From positions 1 to 40,978 of the forward strand of contig CAJVPI010000226.1 in NCBI GenBank assembly GCA_910592345.1: a stretch of 40,978 nt of DNA, in the 5' to 3' direction. The translations under genes were made by a program, and so were the position numbers. Of this stretch, positions 35,957 to 40,978 are shown in pieces. The notes beneath the pieces are model-generated. The model worked only from the letters and a program-made list of their open reading frames with translations, was not told where the DNA came from and made no database searches. The stretch's first letter is position 1, and each line of letters opens with the position of its first letter. The stretch comes from Paraglomus brasilianum (Eukaryota).

Positions 35957-36794
35957 ATGTCCCCTGCCAAAAGTATCCGGAAACTTCTTGAAATTACTAG
36001 TAAAACATGAAAAATTTTTATTTTCGAAAATCTCGATTGTACGCATTTACGTACGTACTAAAATAATACTACATTCTCTGAAAAAAAGTTTATGAAAAGC
36101 AAATGTCTTTATTTTTTTTATAAAAACTTTATACTCCATTGTGAGCAATGCATGCCCCTATTCTTCTAGTTATGCTATCAATGACGTTTAAATATGTTTC
36201 TTTTGAGAATTCTTCTTTTAGAAAAATCTCCAATTCTTTAGGGCTTTTGGGGCATTCAGAACGTTTGCGCAATTGACGGTAAAGTTCACCCACAGATGTT
36301 CGATGGGATTTAAATCTGGACCAATCTACCAACATTTTGTGTTGTTTTTTGTTTTTTGTTTTTTTTGCGATCCATGCCCTTTATTTTAACGTCTCGCGCT
36401 GCGCTACATGGATAAGAGTTATCATGCTGAAATCATACGGTCAAAATATCAAAACTAGAGCTTTTATTTCTTGTTGCACAATAACAAATCAATAAAAAAT
36501 GGGAAAACTGGTGACACTAAAAGACGCGTGGAAGTAAGCTTTCGATAGATACTAAAATCTTTATCGCTTATATGTTCAATTCAGAATAAATAAAAAAAAG
36601 ATTATTGAATAACTCACTATTTTTCGATGTTATTGCGGTTCGATGAGGTGGCTGGTATCATATTACGTAAATGCATGAAATCATACATGCCACGAATTAC
36701 ATTCCACACCGAAAATACAATCAGCTTCACAACTTCATTGTGACCCACATAGGAAATACGTACAATCAAAATTTTTTATCCGTTTTACTAGTAA
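35957..36794 (-). mobile_element. Internally deleted Tc1-like DNA transposon relic
   Basis: Minus strand reads FQHDN (about 36432), PDLNPIEHLW (about 36320) and PKSPKELE..IDSITRRIGACIAHNG, with frameshifts. Imperfect inverted repeats TTACTAGTAAAAC..GATTGTACG occur at 35994-36057 and about 36752-36794. A Tc1-like end motif CCCCTGCCAAAAGTATCCGGA is at 35961. Confidence 0.8.
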
Positions 36795-37807
36795 ACTAGT
36801 GAGTAGTACAGGAGAAGGGCGAGCTGTAATAGTAACGGAAAGTTAATACGACATAGTAATAATAACTTATTCTTGTAATTACTCTTGAATTCTGCATTGA
36901 TCCGTAGTTATAAAAAATCTGGAGATTTAATATCTAGCTACAATGCCAGTTTTAACATAGAATGGTTTTAGAGTAAGATCAACTACGTCAATCTGCTTCA
37001 TTACTGATAAAGCTTTCCCTGCTTGCGGATTTACATTCAGTAAAGTTCGTTTACTGTTTAGATTTTTTGAAACAAGTCTTCTACTATTGAATTTATTATT
37101 TATTATAACAAAGATAAAAAATAAAAAACGTATGCGTTAATGTGATAAAATCGATCCCATCTTGAAATGGGCCAACCCTTTAGGATCTTAGAATAGGTCG
37201 TAACATATTTAGTGTCCTCGATATTCTAATATGCATTTTAGAATTGAAGTATCAAATTGTACTTTCAATTACCAGTCGAATTGATGTAGGTAATCAAGAT
37301 TCTGTCCTTTTACAATTTGAGTGTATTGCCACTTATTGTGCCAGACAGCATTCCCATTCAAGATTTAGTTTATACATATAACATACTTTAAAGTACGATC
37401 ACGTTTTAGTGCTGTCGTGCCGACTACTGCGGGAGAGCAGAAAGTAAGGATTTAACTAGTCTCGACGGAGCGCGGCGCCTCCTATTCAAGTTAAATATCT
37501 AATTGTTCAGTTAGTGACCTTGTAATCGCAAGGCTTTTCACTTACGGGCTTTTTCACCGTAGAATGACGTTTATCCTAGATATAGAATCGTTCTCGAGTA
37601 TATCGGCGGTTATTGTCGAGGGATTATTCCGACAATCTCCCGTTTGGGGGTACAATGGTTTATCTCTTAGATTGATTATTAAACATCTAAAACGTCTTTG
37701 TTAAATTGATACAGCAAGAAGATTCTAAAGAATTATTAAACCACATTAATGCACTAGATCGTTACAATCAATTTTGTTAACCAGTCACGTGAAACCAATA
37801 AAATGCT

Positions 37808-37886
37808 AACCCTCTATTCATGCATCCCTCTATTCAAGCATGCTCTGATGCATTCCCGAGGGTGTGCTTGAATAGAGGGTTCACTG
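37808..37886. mobile_element. Small pogo-like MITE remnant (foldback)
   Basis: AACCCTCTATTCATGCA and CCCTCTATTCAAGCA are inverted relative to TGCTTGAATAGAGGGTTCACTG. The right end reads CAGTGAACCCTC on the minus strand; the left end is truncated. Confidence 0.65.
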
Positions 37887-38125
37887 TCTTTATTCTAAAA
37901 TTTTTTTAGCTAATTCGAGAGCTTCTCTTCCCATTTGTACAGAAGTAGTAGCCTCCTCTTCGTGCTTCAGCATGTACTTACATTTGCTGCAAGACACCCT
38001 CGGCCATAAGAAATTCTTTCTTCCGTAGGCAACTGTGTACTAACCAAACCATTATCTACTTCGACATACTCGTTCGCTGTTATTTTACCAAGGATCTGCA
38101 AGTTTCAAATTATCGAGGGCCAAAA

Positions 38126-38182
38126 TTAAGTTGGCCTGATTTAAGTTGGCCTGATTTATGTGGCCTGATTTATGTGGCCTGA
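38126..38182. repeat. Short tandem repeat, 2 x 15 bp plus 2 x 14 bp
   Basis: TTAAGTTGGCCTGAT x2, then TTATGTGGCCTGA(T) x2. Confidence 0.85.
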
Positions 38183-38648
38183 ATATTTATTAAAAGTGGC
38201 ATAATATTTCAATTGGTAGTATGAAATACGGCAATTGATTGACAAATCTGGTACAGAGTATATAAATAGAAATGGCATGATATTTTGTGTAATATAGTAC
38301 CCAGGGGATAGGAGGCACGAGATTATTACAGGGCATCGGGACCACATGATTTTGGGGATACAAATGAGGCAGATTTATACGTCCAGCTTAAAAGCTGGGG
38401 TATAGCCGAGGTTGGGATACAATAGGGGGATACAAATGAGGTAGGACCAAACTATTACATTGGATATAAAAATATCGATCAGGTCTTGATATGTGTATGT
38501 ACAAGCGGCGAATTGGCTTATTATATGTTACATGCGTGAAACGGGTTATTGCATTTAGTAGATGTTGACTATTACATCCTGTAAAATCTATTAACAATGC
38601 TATTTGCACATTTGCTCTTATAAATGTTATGAACGAAACTGTAGTCTC

Positions 38649-38780
38649 CAAGTGGCTCTCGATATAAAAACCCTTTGATATAAGAAAGATGACCTATAAG
38701 AAAGTTTTTTGCTGGACCCAATTTAACATCTCGTAAAAAAATTTCGATATAAGAAAGGAATGTGTCGGGGGAGTCACTTG
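38649..38780. mobile_element. Second, inverted and internally deleted copy of the 21337-21513 MITE family
   Basis: CAAGTGGCTCTCGATATAAAAACCCTTTGATATAAGAAAGATGACCTATAAGAAAG aligns with the reverse complement of 21513-21458. The copy ends in GAGTCACTTG. Confidence 0.8.
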
Positions 38781-39022
38781 TCATAAGTTGGATGTTTTTT
38801 TTTATATGGAAATTAAGACCTGGCGATAGAAAAAAGAGAGTTCTTAATTCACCGTCCACTGTACTTGTGAACGGAGCCATACGCTATCCGCTAAAAATGT
38901 AGCTATGATTCTTTTGAGAACTATCATCTCCATCACAATTTTAAACGGCTCAGTTATGTTGCATATTACTTTGTTTTGATAACACAATTGTAAATGTCAT
39001 CTTGTTTACTGTCTTGCAACAG

Positions 39023-40766
39023 GAAATTTATCCTGGACGTGCAGTGTTCACCTCGAGAAAGGGCATCATTGAAATTACTGCCCAATAATTGGTTTATTCA
39101 ACTCCAATTAATTTAATTAATTTAAATTGTATCACATCACACAAACATATCAATAAAGATCCTATAAAAAACGAATTTCACTGCTTGTATTGTGATAATA
39201 ATAAAACTTTTGAATTTGCTATGGACTATGAATATTCGTTGCCAGCAGACAGCTGGGTAAGTTTTGGTTATACATTCAATATGCTTCTTTCAAGACAATT
39301 TCCACATGGAATAAATTAAGCAATGCTTTTGACAACTCATAATATTGTTAGGAAATTGGACAACCATCATCCTCAAATACTAATATCAAAAACAAAGGGA
39401 AAGAGAAGCAGCTTGATAATGCAGAGACTGAAAATGTGTTCAAGAGAGACCTCATTGTCTTTGAAAGTGACAGTGATAACAATGACAGTGATGGCTATGA
39501 AGATTATGAACAAACATTTACAGTAAATCTGAGCAATGTTGAATTAAATGAACAACTATCTACGACTTTGGAATCAATTGTCAACAGTAATGACAGAATC
39601 AGTCACCTCATTAAATTATCCAACCTGTTGCTATTATTTGGTAATAGGTTAGAGGATAATCAGTTGAGGAATGTTTTGAAAACAATTGGAATTAATGTCA
39701 AATATGATGACTATACAGTGACCACTGATATTGAGTTGGAGCTGCATCTTAGGGCATATGTATTGGCTTTAGAAATATATGGCAGGCGACTTGTTAAGAT
39801 GGAGAAGGAGTTGCTTGAAACTTTGCACAAAAATTTTACAAAATTGTATGACTTCCATCAATGTTATATCAAAGTCATAGAAAAAGGCTTACAAAGTCCA
39901 AGTGTTTTATCTGCTATTTTGAAGAGAAGTGATAAAGTTCAAAATTACAACAATGATTATTTACTTATGCATCTTCATAATACTCTTTATATGATGGATG
40001 ATGATAAAACTGCTTGGCCTGAAATTATAAACCAACTAAAGGCTCTTTTTGCTACATTAATTGAGGCTTTACCTGGTATGACTGGTATCATGACAACTGT
40101 GGAAACCCCAATTGACAACAAAGCTACTATTGAAATATATAATAATATTCAGAAGACTTTACAATCCAAGTTTTCTGTAGGACATTGGTACAAGGAATGG
40201 AGATATTTATATACAATTTACCAAGCATTTATTGAATGGTCAGCTGCTCCAATTCATAGAAATTTGGTTGCCAAAGGGGAATTGATGCTTATTAAGGACT
40301 TATGGAGGTTTGGAGATCAAGAGTGGAATAAGGCAGTTTCAGAAACAAATGGATACAAGTCTAAATTAAAAATCATGTCAGATCATATCTCAGAATCAGT
40401 TCCACACTCATTATTGTTTGGCATACTGGATATTGCTCAAAGTCTGATAATATCTACAAAAAATACCAATACCTTGGCTCATTGTTACTATCTTGCAAAA
40501 CTAACCCTGGACTTAGTGAAGATGGAATTTGTTCAATTTAAAGCAATGGAAGTTTTAATGACACTGCACAAAAAGATCCAATTACATTTTCTGTTGTGCA
40601 AGTTGATCTAGATCAACATGCTGAAACTTTGAATGAAGATAAGAAAAGGCTTCAAGACATGAGAGGATACATTGATAAAAAATATACTCATCTTAGTCAA
40701 GCAGGCAGCAGAACAAATGTTGAAATGTGTCAGGATCAAGGCTTAACACGACGTATTCCTCCGTGA
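39023..40766 (+). pseudogene. Disrupted gene for a helical-rich protein of unknown function
   Basis: Exon 39023-39256 has an in-frame TAA at 39086. A GT-AG intron joins it in frame to the 391-aa ORF. An apparent 1-nt loss in the A run at 40570-40574 shifts the reading to PITFSVVQVDLDQHAETLNE. The gene is cut off near 40737. Confidence 0.65.
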
Positions 40767-40978
40767 TTTCCGCTCTGTCACACGAAAATCTCCGATTCCG
40801 CAGCACACGAAATCCAAGTAACACGGCCATCGATAATTACGCAGCATGGTATAGATGTTGCCAAAACAGGCCAAAAACTTAGACAAAAAGCGTACTAGTC
40901 CGCTTATATCCATAAACTTAGACGGATATAAATAGATTGTCCGGATATATCCAAAAGTTTAGTCAAGATGATCTAGAC
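40737..40978. mobile_element. Possible transposon end(s) interrupting the upstream gene
   Basis: Abrupt switch from CpG-free coding sequence to CpG-rich DNA beginning CAAGGCTTAACACG, with repeated ACACG motifs, AAACTTAGAC twice, and TATATCC/GGATATA inverted motifs. Confidence 0.4.

Overview
Intron-rich, compact fungal genomic DNA. The gene families (BTB-BACK-TLDc, TKL kinase with repeats) and the short introns suggest an early-diverging fungus, probably Glomeromycota; this is an inference. Blocks of conserved genes (peroxisomal-type citrate synthase, BTB-TLDc, MOG1, PRO1, ATG15, a GT5-like glycosyltransferase, a ZIP transporter, DDHD phospholipase, NDUFAF6, AP sigma subunit) alternate with two accessory intervals (about 20.3-27.9 kb and 35.9-41 kb). 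These intervals hold DNA-transposon relics, MITEs, pseudogenes and CpG-depleted genes. Most notable are: (1) a kinase fused to 20 near-identical 84-bp LRRs whose variation is concentrated in a few surface codons, with signs of shuffling, i.e. a candidate diversifying cytosolic immune receptor; (2) an unassigned 300-370 nt highly structured element between two convergent genes; (3) a stand-alone, membrane-anchored glycogen/starch-synthase-like enzyme. Exon structures were read by eye and no searches were run.
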